A stretch of DNA of 64,000 nucleotides from a bacterium (GCA_965249615.1 CBDFMI010000005.1:519462-583461), one strand, 5' to 3'; counted from the first letter of the stretch, positions 37,745 through 48,820 are shown. A program made the numbers and translations. Notes: a model not told the origin generated them from the letters alone.

Positions 37745-38170
37745 TCACAGGACCGCCAGGTTGTGCTCCTCCAAAGACCAACCGCTGACGCGGTAACGTT
37801 TGGATCCACCCCCCTTTCCGTCCACTCCGACGATGACGTAGATCATCCCCTCCCAAAACCGCTCCAGATCGGTGATGGAGGGTCGGGAGGGATGGTCCGG
37901 ATGGGAGTGGTAAAACCCCACCACCTCCTGGTCGGTCCCCTTCAGGGAATCCTGGAGGCGCTGGAAAGCCCTGGGGTCAATTTCATAGCGGTCCCGGGCC
38001 CGTTCCTGATTGAGATTCTCTGTGGGGCGGGCCTCTTCGATGACGATGCGCTTTTGGCCACCCCGACGCCCCGCGCCCCCAACCAGAAAGCCGCAGCACT
38101 CATGAGGATAATCCCGCCCTGCGTGACGCTTTAGGGCAAGGAGGGCCTTTTTCCTGATCTCAACGCTCAC
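37745..38170 (-). CDS. JAMM/MPN+ metallopeptidase (Mec+/CysO-processing protease-like)
   Basis: JAMM motif HSHPDHPSRPSITD with upstream E (YPHECCGFLVGG). The likely start is a GTG overlapping the stop of the upstream MoaD-like gene (GTGA overlap). The ORF track reports an extended 198-aa form. Confidence 0.75.
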   Translation of the reverse strand: MSVEIRKKALLALKRHAGRDYPHECCGFLVGGAGRRGGQKRIVIEEARPTENLNQERARDRYEIDPRAFQRLQDSLKGTDQEVVGFYHSHPDHPSRPSITDLERFWEGMIYVIVGVDGKGGGSKRYRVSGWSLEEHNLAVL

Positions 38171-38466
38171 GAGGCCCGTTGCACATGAGGTCGACCGCCG
38201 GCGATGGCGGGGATGATAGACACCTCGTCCCCGTCCTTCACGGGTGTCTTCTCGCCATCCAGAAAGCGGATGTCCTCGTCGTTGACGTAGACGTTGATGA
38301 AACGGCGAATCTCTCCGGAGTTGTCGTAGAGCCGTTCCCACAACCCCGGGAACATCTGCTCCATGTTCTCGAAAAGCTCCCGCACGTTTTTCCCCTCCGC
38401 CTTGACGTTGCCGGCATTCTTCGTCAACTTCTGAAGGGGTGTCGGGATCCGCACCGTCACACCCAT
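38167..38466 (-). CDS. MoaD/ThiS/CysO-like sulfur-carrier protein, GlyGly followed by an 8-residue C-terminal extension
   Basis: About 99 aa beta-grasp, ending ...IPAIAGG-RPHVQRAS. Start taken at the second Met (MGVTVRIPT). Confidence 0.7.
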   Translation of the reverse strand: MGVTVRIPTPLQKLTKNAGNVKAEGKNVRELFENMEQMFPGLWERLYDNSGEIRRFINVYVNDEDIRFLDGEKTPVKDGDEVSIIPAIAGGRPHVQRAS

Positions 38467-38470
38467 AGAC

Positions 38471-39712
38471 TCATCCCTCCTTCCACTGGGCCGCAAAGGC
38501 CTCTTGAAATGCGCTGAACTTAGCCTCGATGGTGCGGGGCTGACTCACATGGTCCTGGACGGCCTCTTGAGTCTTCAGCCCGTTCCCGGTGATAGAGATG
38601 ACCGTTAGGTCGTCGGGACGGATCCTCCCCTGCTCCACCAGCTTCTTGGTCACGCCGACGGTCACCCCGCCGGCCGTCTCCGTGAAGATCCCCTCGGTTT
38701 CGGCGAGGAGCTGTATCCCCTCAATGAGTTCGGGGTCGCTGACATCCTCTCCGTAACCCTCGCTCTCTCGGACCGTCTGGATCCCGTAGTAGCCGTCGGC
38801 GGGGTTTCCGATGGCGATGGATTTCGCAATGGTCTGGGGTCGAACAGGTCGGAAGAAATCGGCGCCCTCCTTGATGGCTGTCGTGACGGGAGAGCAGCCC
38901 GTGGCCTGTGCCGCGTGGACCCGGGTTTTGACCTCATCCACCAGACCCAGGGCCTTAAACTCCTTCATCGCCTTCCACACCTTCGTGATGAGAGAGCTCC
39001 CCGCGACGGGGACCACGATGTGGTCAGGGGTCCGCCAGCCGAGCTGCTCCATCACCTCATAGGTGAAGGTTTTTGAGCCATCCCCGTAATATGGACGAAG
39101 GTTGATGTTGACAAACGCCCAGCGATAGTTGCCCGCAATCTCACTGCAAAGGCGGTTCACGTCGTCATAGACCCCTTTCACGCCGATGAGCGTGGGCCCG
39201 TAGACCAGGGTCCCGAGCACCTTGGCCACCTCCAAGTCGTCCGGTATGAAGATATAGCTCTTCAGGTTGGCCTCGGCGGCCTGGGCCGCCACCGCATTGG
39301 CCAGGTTTCCCGTCGAGGCACAGGCCACCGTATCGAAGCCAAACTCCTTGGCCTTGGTGATGGCGACTGCGACAACCCGGTCTTTGAAGGAGAGGGTGGG
39401 CGCGCAGACACTGTCGTTCTTGATATAGAGACGCCGAAGACCGAGGGCTTCGCCGAGATTCTGCGCCCGCACCAGGGGCGTCATCCCCACGCTGAGACCC
39501 ACGGTGGGCTCACCGTCGATGGGAAGGAGGTCCCGGTAGCGCCAGATGCTGGGGGGGCCCGCCTCGATCTGCTCCCGGGAGATCTTTTTGGCGATGGTCG
39601 CGTAGTCGTAGACGACTTCCAGGGGGCCAAAGCAGAATTCACAGACGTGGATCGGCTCCTTGGGATATTCCCGGCGACATTCCTTGCATTGTAGCCCCAG
39701 GACATGACCCAC
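38471..39712 (-). CDS. threonine synthase-like PLP enzyme (fold type II) with N-terminal zinc ribbon
   Basis: 413 aa. CKECRREY...CEFCFG Zn-ribbon, PLP lysine motif TLSFKDR, glycine loop. Heads a co-oriented run: ThrC-like, MoaD-like, JAMM, NIL, NIL. Confidence 0.8.
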   Translation of the reverse strand: MGHVLGLQCKECRREYPKEPIHVCEFCFGPLEVVYDYATIAKKISREQIEAGPPSIWRYRDLLPIDGEPTVGLSVGMTPLVRAQNLGEALGLRRLYIKNDSVCAPTLSFKDRVVAVAITKAKEFGFDTVACASTGNLANAVAAQAAEANLKSYIFIPDDLEVAKVLGTLVYGPTLIGVKGVYDDVNRLCSEIAGNYRWAFVNINLRPYYGDGSKTFTYEVMEQLGWRTPDHIVVPVAGSSLITKVWKAMKEFKALGLVDEVKTRVHAAQATGCSPVTTAIKEGADFFRPVRPQTIAKSIAIGNPADGYYGIQTVRESEGYGEDVSDPELIEGIQLLAETEGIFTETAGGVTVGVTKKLVEQGRIRPDDLTVISITGNGLKTQEAVQDHVSQPRTIEAKFSAFQEAFAAQWKEG

Positions 39713-40019
39713 TGGCTTGACTACCCCTTCCGAGAGCTCGCCTAGGCGGGCGGGCTAAAAGCTTCTCGCATCCGTGCGGGAAGGCTGATTGACTTGCGCA
39801 CAAGAGCCCGGACTTTTCGAGTTGGCGCGCCTCCTACCATTATTATATTAATTTATTGGGCTCAAAATTCAATCCCACCCTCACCCCGTTTGCCGGGGGC
39901 CCTTCCTTTTGGCTATCATGGAGGACTCCGAAAGCCTCGGGATTTCCGAGAAACGGCCCTTTGACAGACCCCCTGGAGGGCCCTTTTGGTTCACTTCATG
40001 AGGAGAAGAGCGGTCCAAG

Positions 40020-40820
40020 ATGGGTCCCCCCCTTCCCTCAGCGCTCACTATCGCGGGCTCCGACTCGGGAGGCGGGGCCGGCATCCAGGCGGACCTCAAG
40101 ACGTTTACCGTCCTGGGGGTCTTCGGGGCCTCGGTCCTCACAGCCCTCACGGCTCAAAATACGCTCGGAGTCCAGGCCGTCCACGCTGTCCCTCCCGATT
40201 TCGTCGCTCAGCAGATGGACTCCGTTCTCACTGACATTCCCATCCGGGCGGCCAAGACGGGGATGCTGGTCGACGCCGCCATCGTCGAGGTGGTGGCGGA
40301 AAAAATCAGACAATACCAAGTGCGCCCCCTGGTGGTGGACCCCGTCATGGTGGCGAAGTCAGGAGACCGTCTTCTGGCTGACGGAGCCGAGCAGGCCCTC
40401 ATCCGGGAGCTCCTGCCCCTCGCCACCCTCGTGACGCCAAACCTGGGCGAGGCGGAACTCTTGCTCGGGAGCCCGGTGCGAGACCTCCCGGCCATGCGGG
40501 AGGCCGCAAAGCGTCTCCTCAACTTCGGCTGCGGGGCCGTTCTCGTCAAGGGTGGCCACCTCCCCGAGGGGGCCACCGACGTCCTGTACGACGGAAAGGA
40601 GGTCACCGAGTTCCCCGCCCCCCATCTCAACACCCAAAACACCCATGGGACCGGCTGCACCCTCTCGGCGGCCGTCGCGGGATATCTGGCCCAGGCGCTT
40701 TCTCTTCGCGAGGCCGTTCGGGCGGCGAAGGAGTTCATCGCCGAGGCTATTGCCAAAGCCCCCGAAGGGCTCGGGGCTGGTCATGGCCCACTCCATCACA
40801 TGCACCGGATCCGACCCTGA
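40020..40820 (+). CDS. thiD: hydroxymethylpyrimidine/phosphomethylpyrimidine kinase
   Basis: 266 aa. [21 protein letters not shown] and C-terminal GTGCTLSAA motifs. Confidence 0.85.
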   Translation: MGPPLPSALTIAGSDSGGGAGIQADLKTFTVLGVFGASVLTALTAQNTLGVQAVHAVPPDFVAQQMDSVLTDIPIRAAKTGMLVDAAIVEVVAEKIRQYQVRPLVVDPVMVAKSGDRLLADGAEQALIRELLPLATLVTPNLGEAELLLGSPVRDLPAMREAAKRLLNFGCGAVLVKGGHLPEGATDVLYDGKEVTEFPAPHLNTQNTHGTGCTLSAAVAGYLAQALSLREAVRAAKEFIAEAIAKAPEGLGAGHGPLHHMHRIRP

Positions 40821-40851
40821 ACCGGATCCCTCATCTCTCACAGGAGGCGCT

Positions 40852-41295
40852 ATGGACCGAGATGAAGCCCTGAAATTTCTTGAGGGAAATCACCGGGGGG
40901 TGTTGGCCGTCGTGGGCAGGGGCGGAAACCCTCATCTCTCGCCTATCTTCTTCGCCCTCATGGACGGGAAGATCCAAATCTCCTCTGCCTGGGACCGGGT
41001 GAAAACGAAACACTTGAAGCAAGACCCGAGGGCCTCCCTGTGCGTCCTCACAGAGGAGTTCCATCCTTACCTCACCGTGGAGGGGAAGATAGACTTGCTC
41101 TCAGATCCGGATGGGAGAAAGAATTTCGATCTCTATCAGGCCATCACGGGGGGGCCGCCTGAAAACCTCGCGGAATATTTTGAGGCAATGAAGCGGGAGA
41201 AAAGGCTGGTCTATGAAATGACGATTGAGGGGATGTACCCTCTGGAAAACCAAATCCCGGCTACAATCTTTGAGATGTCGTTTTTAAATTTTTAA
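40852..41295 (+). CDS. pyridoxamine 5'-phosphate oxidase-family (FMN-binding split-barrel) protein
   Basis: Start taken at the ATG at 40852, preceded by an AGGAGG RBS. The long upstream extension in the ORF track is low-complexity. Confidence 0.6.
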   Translation: MDRDEALKFLEGNHRGVLAVVGRGGNPHLSPIFFALMDGKIQISSAWDRVKTKHLKQDPRASLCVLTEEFHPYLTVEGKIDLLSDPDGRKNFDLYQAITGGPPENLAEYFEAMKREKRLVYEMTIEGMYPLENQIPATIFEMSFLNF

Positions 41296-43208
41296 AGTTG
41301 AAGCAAAAACCCCGGCGAGATGTCCACCTCGGCACGGGTCCTCGCGTTCTCAAGCCACTGTTCGTAAATCACTCGTTTCTTGTTCTCCAGGATCTGGCTT
41401 CGAAAAGTCTCTATCTCGTCTCCGTTCTCGGCAAGCTTTAAAAGGTCTGCCCGACGGCGTTCCCCCAAGACAAACACAAGTCTGTCGCCTTCCAGCACTA
41501 TCTCGGCGGCACCGCCCTCTTCCAGACCAAAGGCCACCTGGTAAAAATCGTTTCCGGGGCTCAGGTCAGGGACGTCATCCGATCGGCGGAAAAGGGGTGT
41601 TTCCTGAACAGCGAGCCCCAGATTACTTGCTGCCTGGTCAAGACTCTCTCCGACCTGGATAGACGCCACCAGCTCCTCTGCCCTGTCAGCGGCCTGGTTT
41701 TCCCCTTCGACCCGCCGCCAGACTTTTTCTACATCCTCCCGAACTTCCTCCAGGGGTGGAAACCGGGAGGCCGCCTCATCCACGAGACGGATGAGATACC
41801 ATCCACCTTCCCCCTCGACGGGCTCTCCCACTTCACCCTTGGTCAGCTGGAAGGCCGCGGTCGCCACTGCCTGTGAATCGGGAAGGAGAAGGCCCTCCCC
41901 GCCCGCCGAGAAGAAGTCAGAAGTCACCCGCTTGAGACCCGGACTCTCGGGAAAACCATCAAAGCGTTGCCCCTCATCCACGTTGAACAACACCTGGTCG
42001 ATCAGGTCTCGGGCCGCCTCGTCAGCCTGGGTGGACCGAAGGATATCCAAGATGGTGGCCCTGACCTCCTCCAGAGGCTGGGCGCCCTCGGACTGGATCT
42101 CCTCCAGTTGAATGAGGTGGAAGCCGAAGCGGCTCTGGATGGGGCCACGGACTTCACCCACCTCCATGTTGAAGGCCGCCTCCTCAAAGGCCGGGTCGAA
42201 TTCCCCGCGGCGGAAGAAACCCAGATCTCCCCCCTCGTCCCTGTTGGGGTCTTCAGAGTGGATCTTGGCGAGGGCCACGAAATCGCCGCCCTCTTGGATC
42301 TCCTCCAAGACGGCCTCGGCCTTTTCCTGGATCTCGGAAGTCCTGTCAGGGCCAGTCTCCGGAGCCATCTTGAAAAGAATGTGCCGGGCCCGGCGACGCT
42401 CAGGCTGCTGGTAATCCGACTGACGGAACTCGTAGTAGCGGGTCACGTCTTCGTCCGCGACCTCAACCTCTCCTTCGAGTTCCAAGACGTCGGCGAAGTA
42501 ATACTCAATTTTAACCTTTCGGGGCTCCCTAAACTCTTCCTTGCGTTCCTCATGGAGGTCTTTGAGCGCCTGCTCATTGGGGGCTACGGATGAGTCCAAG
42601 TCTTCCGCTGGAAGCCGGATATACCGAACCTTGATCCGCTCGTTGTTCCAGAGATAGGCCTCCTCCAGCTCGGCGGGCAAAAGCCTGACCCCATTGAGGA
42701 TGAGGCCTTCCAGCCTCTGGATCAGAAGGGCCTCCCGCTGTCCCTCCTCAAAAACCTCGGGCTGGATACGGCTGTGGCGAAGGGCCTGAAGATAGAGATT
42801 TCGATCAAAGCGGCCCAGCCGCTGAAACTGTGGGAGTGAACTGATGGCCCTCGCCACCTCGGCGTCCGAGATTTCCAGGCCCGCCTGGCGCGCCTCGATG
42901 AGCTGCACCCGAACCGCGACCAAGCTATCCAGGGCACGCCTTCCAAGCTGAAGCTGGGAGGCGAGCTGGTCGTCAAATGAGTTCCCGTAAAGCCGGCGGT
43001 AGAGGTTATAAGTCCTTTGGTAGGCCTCATGATACTCGGTGAGGAAGATGTCCTCTCCTCCAACAGATGCCACCACATCTCTACTCGCTGTGTGATAGGG
43101 CCGGTGGAGGGCATTCCAGCCGAAAAAGCCAACGAAGCTCATGGCCACCATCAAGAGGAGACCCTTGACGGCCCAGGAGTTAGCCCAACCCCTCATGTAT
43201 CTCAGCAT
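41292..43208 (-). CDS. ppiD: periplasmic chaperone PpiD-like (membrane-anchored parvulin-type PPIase)
   Basis: 638 aa. N-terminal TM anchor, SurA-like N domain, parvulin domain (RARHILFK...). Confidence 0.75.
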   Translation of the reverse strand: MLRYMRGWANSWAVKGLLLMVAMSFVGFFGWNALHRPYHTASRDVVASVGGEDIFLTEYHEAYQRTYNLYRRLYGNSFDDQLASQLQLGRRALDSLVAVRVQLIEARQAGLEISDAEVARAISSLPQFQRLGRFDRNLYLQALRHSRIQPEVFEEGQREALLIQRLEGLILNGVRLLPAELEEAYLWNNERIKVRYIRLPAEDLDSSVAPNEQALKDLHEERKEEFREPRKVKIEYYFADVLELEGEVEVADEDVTRYYEFRQSDYQQPERRRARHILFKMAPETGPDRTSEIQEKAEAVLEEIQEGGDFVALAKIHSEDPNRDEGGDLGFFRRGEFDPAFEEAAFNMEVGEVRGPIQSRFGFHLIQLEEIQSEGAQPLEEVRATILDILRSTQADEAARDLIDQVLFNVDEGQRFDGFPESPGLKRVTSDFFSAGGEGLLLPDSQAVATAAFQLTKGEVGEPVEGEGGWYLIRLVDEAASRFPPLEEVREDVEKVWRRVEGENQAADRAEELVASIQVGESLDQAASNLGLAVQETPLFRRSDDVPDLSPGNDFYQVAFGLEEGGAAEIVLEGDRLVFVLGERRRADLLKLAENGDEIETFRSQILENKKRVIYEQWLENARTRAEVDISPGFLLQL

Positions 43209-43434
43209 GGATATTCCCCCCGCTATGACTCATCCTAAAGGCGATTTGAGATTAGCGTAGGATAACCCTCCCGGCGCTGCAACCCTTTTCTTGCAGGCCC
43301 GCGGGAGCCCCCTTCGCAGGAGATCTCCAGGGGGACAACAAAAAAGCTTGCTTTTTCGAATCTATTTCTTGAACTGCCCGGCCTTTTGGCCTAGAATTAA
43401 TTGGTTTTCGAGGTGGGAGGTTGGGTCTCTCTGA

Positions 43435-44490
<1,056 letters not shown>

Positions 44491-44504
44491 CACAGAGGCC
44501 TCAA

Positions 44505-45320
44505 ATGAAACGGCCTCCTAATCGGCGTCAGGACATCATCTTGCTCCTGGGGCTTTTTCTCCTCACTTTCACGAGCATGACAGTCCACCTCCGCTGGCAA
44601 GATGCGACCAGCCCCGCCAGCAGAGTCGTCCTGGAGTTCTTCGGAACCCTTCAGGCCTGGGGCCAAAAGCCCATTGGGGCCCTGAGTGGTTTCTTCGGGA
44701 ATTTCACCAGCGCTCAGACCCTTCGGGAAGAGAACGACAGGCTTCAGACCGAGGTGGAGCGTCTTCAACAGGTCCAAAGCCAGTTCGAAGAGTTTCGGCT
44801 TCGCCACAACCGCTTACAAGCCCTCCTGGATTTTCAAGAGACCTCCAAGTTGAAGACGGTGGCAGCGTCCGTCATCGGACGGGACGCCACCAATTGGTCC
44901 AGGACCATCACCCTCGACCGGGGCTCCGGGGCGGGGCTCGCGGAGAACATGCCGGTCATCACCCATGAGGGAATCGTAGGACACCTCATCCTCGTCAGCG
45001 GCTCCAAGTCTCAGGCCCTCCTGATCTCAGACCATCGGGGTGCTGTGGACTCCCTCATCCAGAGGTCCCGGGCCAGCGGGGTCTTTGTGTCCACCCCTCA
45101 AGGGGCGGGGCATCTGAAGTACGTGCCCGAGGACGTAGAGGTGAAGCCTGGGGACATTGTGATTTCTTCGGGCCTCGGCGACCTCTATCCAAAGGGGCTG
45201 GTGGTGGGAAAGGTGGAGACGGTGAAACAGAACGGGGATGGGCTCTTTCAGAGCGTGGAGGTGGCACCGGCCGTGGATTTCTCCCGGTTGGAAGATGTCC
45301 TCGTTGTCCTAACACCCTGA
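44505..45320 (+). CDS. mreC: rod shape-determining protein MreC
   Basis: 271 aa. N-terminal TM, coiled-coil (LQTEVERLQQ), and a C-terminal beta domain. Confidence 0.8.
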   Translation: MKRPPNRRQDIILLLGLFLLTFTSMTVHLRWQDATSPASRVVLEFFGTLQAWGQKPIGALSGFFGNFTSAQTLREENDRLQTEVERLQQVQSQFEEFRLRHNRLQALLDFQETSKLKTVAASVIGRDATNWSRTITLDRGSGAGLAENMPVITHEGIVGHLILVSGSKSQALLISDHRGAVDSLIQRSRASGVFVSTPQGAGHLKYVPEDVEVKPGDIVISSGLGDLYPKGLVVGKVETVKQNGDGLFQSVEVAPAVDFSRLEDVLVVLTP

Positions 45321-45328
45321 GTTCATAG

Positions 45329-45859
45329 ATGATCATTGTCTACACCGGCCTTGTTGTCCTGATCGCCATTGTCTTTCAGACCACCGTCGCAGAGTATTTC
45401 CTGGAAACCGTTGGGGCGAAACCCGATCTTCTGCTTGTCCTGGCCTTCGTCCTGGGTCTCATGCGGGGCAAAAGGGGGGGAGCCACCTTAGGCTGCCTCC
45501 TGGGCTTCTTGCAAGACATCATGTCTGGAGGCCTCCTCGGCATCAACGCTCTCTCTAAGGGCCTCATCGGTTTTGGGGCGGGGGCCTTTAGGAGAGACCT
45601 GATGTTTTTCCACCCGCTGGGCCAGGCCTTCATCTTCGCCCTGGCCACCGCCTTTGACACCGCTTTAAACCTCATTCTGAGCTTTCTCCTCTCTCCCCTG
45701 CCTGGCGGGATCCAAGGGATAACAGGGGTCCTCTTAAGGCTCATGGTCCTGCACGCCGTGATAGGTCCCCCTATCCTCTGGATCTTTGGCCGCTTGGAGT
45801 CCCGCTGGACTGATCGTGAGGGAGTCAGGGGGCCTGCGCCCCTTCGGAAACGAGGATGA
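45329..45859 (+). CDS. mreD: rod shape-determining protein MreD
   Basis: 176 aa hydrophobic protein in the mreD position. Its stop overlaps the mrdA ATG (ATGA). Confidence 0.6.
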   Translation: MIIVYTGLVVLIAIVFQTTVAEYFLETVGAKPDLLLVLAFVLGLMRGKRGGATLGCLLGFLQDIMSGGLLGINALSKGLIGFGAGAFRRDLMFFHPLGQAFIFALATAFDTALNLILSFLLSPLPGGIQGITGVLLRLMVLHAVIGPPILWIFGRLESRWTDREGVRGPAPLRKRG

Positions 45860-47720
45860 GACTCGGCCTACGGAAATACGGACAACCTCTCCCAAGCGGG
45901 GTGAAAAGCGGCATCTTTTTCCTCGCGACGGTTTCGCTGATCTGTTTTGGCCTCCTTGTGATTCGGCTCTGGTCTCTCCAGGTCATCCGCGGGGGGAGTT
46001 TCGCCAGCGCTCGGAGAACAACCGGATCAGCACCCAAGTCATCCCGAGCCCGCGGGGGCTCATCCTGGACCGAAAGGGCGAGGTCCTGGCAACCAGTCGC
46101 CCTGCCTTCCACCTCGCCTTGCTTCCCCATGCCATCCCGGACCTCCCCGGGACTCTGGAGCTCCTTGGGCCTCAAGTCGGGCTGGATATGGAGAAGACCC
46201 GGGCCAGGCTTGAACGGGCCAACGCCTTTAAACCAGTCGTCATTCGGCACGATATTTCGCGCCAGGCCGTCGCCTATTTGGAGGAGCACCGCCTTCAGTT
46301 CCCGGGCGTCCTCCTTCAGGTGGAACCCATTCGCAACTACCCCACCAAGGTCCAGCCCGCCCATGTGCTCGGCTATGTGGGAGAGGTGAACGAAGCCGAA
46401 ATCCGACAGAAGGACCGGTCATACCGGTTGGGAGATTTCGTTGGCCGGCAGGGGCTAGAACGGGATTTTGAGGATTTCCTCCGTGGGGTCCCGGGCAAGC
46501 GCCTGGTCGAGGTGGACGCCCTCGGGCGAGAGCAAAGGGTCCTCAAGGAGCAACCCTACGGCCCTGGAAAGAACTTGATCCTGACGCTCGATGCTTCCCT
46601 TCAAGAAAAGGCGGAGAGCTTGCTCGGAGACAAGCCGGGAGCCATCATCGCCGTGGACCCCCGAAACGGAGAGGTCCTGGCCATGGCGAGCCATCCCCGC
46701 TTTGACCCCAACGCCTTCGCAGGGGGCATATCGACCAAAGCCTGGAAGGAGCTCACCTCAGACACCCTGCACCCCTTGGAGGATCGGGCCACCCGCGGCC
46801 AGTATCCCCCTGGCTCTGTCTTCAAGATCGCGGTGGCGGCTGCGGCCCTGCAAGAGGGCGCGATAGAAGAGGACGAAAAACTCTTCTGTCCGGGCCATCT
46901 GCGGTTCGGGGGGCGGACCTACCGGGACTGGCGCCCCGAGGGCCACGGATGGGTGAACGTTCACCAGGCCCTCGTCGAGTCCTGCGATGTCTTTTTCTGG
47001 AAGGTCGGGCTGCGCCTGGGGATCGACGTCATCGCCAGATACGCCCGGGCTTTTGGGCTGGGAGATTCCACGGGCCTTCGGGACCAGGGAGAGAAGGAGG
47101 GCATCGTCGCCTCCCGCGAATGGAAACTGGAGAACGTAGGGGAGCCCTGGTATCCCGGAGAGACCCTCTCGGCCTCCATCGGGCAGGGCTACACCGTGGT
47201 GACCCCTATCCAGATGGCGGTCCTCATCGGTGCCGTTGCCAACGAGGGGACGCTCTACGAACCCCGGATGGTCTTGCGGATCGAGGAACCAGATGGACGG
47301 GTAATCCAGACCTTTGAGCCTCAGGTGAGAGGACGTCTTCCCGTCGAACCCCAATACCTTGACATGATCCGCCGGGGCCTTCGGGGGGTCGTCAACGAGG
47401 AGCGCGGGACGGGTTCGCTGGCTCGCATCCAAAATATCCAGGTGGCTGGAAAGACCGGGACGGCCCAGGTCATCAGGCTGAAGAAAAGGCGTGACCAGAA
47501 GGAACAGGAGACCAGGGCCAGAACCCTGCGGGACCACGGCTGGTTTGTGGCTTTCGCTCCCTATGAAAATGCCACCATCGCTGTGGCCGTCCTTGGAGAA
47601 CACGGGGGCCTGCCAGGAGGTCGCTACGCTCCCCTAGCGCGCGAGCTCATCACCCATCACTTGAATGAATCCAAGGAGGGGCCCGAAAGTGAGCCCGCCG
47701 GGGAGGAGGGGCACCCCTGA
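45856..47720 (+). CDS. mrdA: penicillin-binding protein 2 (elongasome transpeptidase), with apparent 1-nt deletion in the G6 run 45991-45996
   Basis: The N-terminus MRLGLRKYG...ICFGLLVIRLWSLQVIRGG lies in the frame of ORF 45856. After cgcggggggag the canonical continuation EFRQRSENNRISTQVIPSPRGLILDRKGEVLA...SxxK...SxN...KTG lies in the frame of ORF 45786. Seven Gs would restore VIRGGEFRQ. Confidence 0.8.
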
Positions 47721-48820
47721 TGATCGACCGGCGCCTGCTCGCAAATGTGGACTGGGTCCTGGTCGGCACCGTCCTGATCATCTGCTTGACGGGGATCTTC
47801 ATGGTTTACAGCGCCACCTACACCAAAATTGAGGGGACGTTGAGCGGGCTCTCTCTTCGCCAGCTATATTGGCTGGGATATGGCTTGGCTGGGCTAACGG
47901 TCCTTCTGTTTCTGGACTATCGCCTGTTCCAGCGTTATGGCTATCTCATTTTTTTCCTGTCTCTGCTTCTGTTGATCTTGGTCCCCATCACCGGACGAAT
48001 CATCTCGGGGGCACAGCGCTGGCTCACCTTTGGGCCCTTGCGGGTCCAGCCCGCTGAATTTGCCAAGCTCGCCCTGATCCTGGCCCTGGCCAAGTATCTT
48101 TCTGAGACCTCGAGGGAGGCTCCCCTCGGCCTAAGAGACCTAGCCCTTCCGGCGTGCTTGATCGGAGTCCCGGCACTCTTGGTGGCCGCCCAACCCGACC
48201 TCGGAAGTGCCCTCATGCTGATCTTTCTCGGGGGGTCCATCCTGGTCGTCGCCGGGCTTCGCCGGGGAACCCTGTTGACCCTGGCCCTGGGGGGGATGAG
48301 CCTTGCGCCCATCGGGTGGTTTTTCCTAAAGGGATACCAGAAACAGCGGATCTTGACGGTCTTTGGCGGCGGGGATCCCCTAGGGGCTGGCTACCAGAGT
48401 CTCCAGTCCAAAATCGCGGTGGGGTCCGGCGGAATCTGGGGGAAGGGCCTCCTGGCGGGGACCCAGAGCCAGCTCCACTTTCTCCCGGAGCAACACACCG
48501 ATTTTCTCTTCGCCGTCTTCGCCGAGGAACTGGGTTTCCTCGCCGTCGCCGCCCTGCTCGCACTCTACTGTCTTCTCATCGTTCGGGGAGCCCAGATCGC
48601 CTACCGAAGCCGGGACCTCTTCGGGGCCCTGGTGGCCTTGGGAGTCGTGGCCTCCATCGGCTTACAAACGATCCTCAACGTGGCCATGACGACGGGTCTC
48701 ATCCCCATTGTCGGCCTCCCCCTCCCCTTCATGAGCTATGGGGGATCGGCCCTCGTCTCCCAACTCCTTGGCGTGGGTCTGCTTCTCAGCATCCGAATGC
48801 GCCGTTTCATCAACTACTAA
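47720..48820 (+). CDS. rodA: rod shape-determining protein RodA (SEDS family)
   Basis: 366 aa. 10 TM segments. FtsW/RodA/SpoVE signature. Confidence 0.85.
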   Translation: MIDRRLLANVDWVLVGTVLIICLTGIFMVYSATYTKIEGTLSGLSLRQLYWLGYGLAGLTVLLFLDYRLFQRYGYLIFFLSLLLLILVPITGRIISGAQRWLTFGPLRVQPAEFAKLALILALAKYLSETSREAPLGLRDLALPACLIGVPALLVAAQPDLGSALMLIFLGGSILVVAGLRRGTLLTLALGGMSLAPIGWFFLKGYQKQRILTVFGGGDPLGAGYQSLQSKIAVGSGGIWGKGLLAGTQSQLHFLPEQHTDFLFAVFAEELGFLAVAALLALYCLLIVRGAQIAYRSRDLFGALVALGVVASIGLQTILNVAMTTGLIPIVGLPLPFMSYGGSALVSQLLGVGLLLSIRMRRFINY

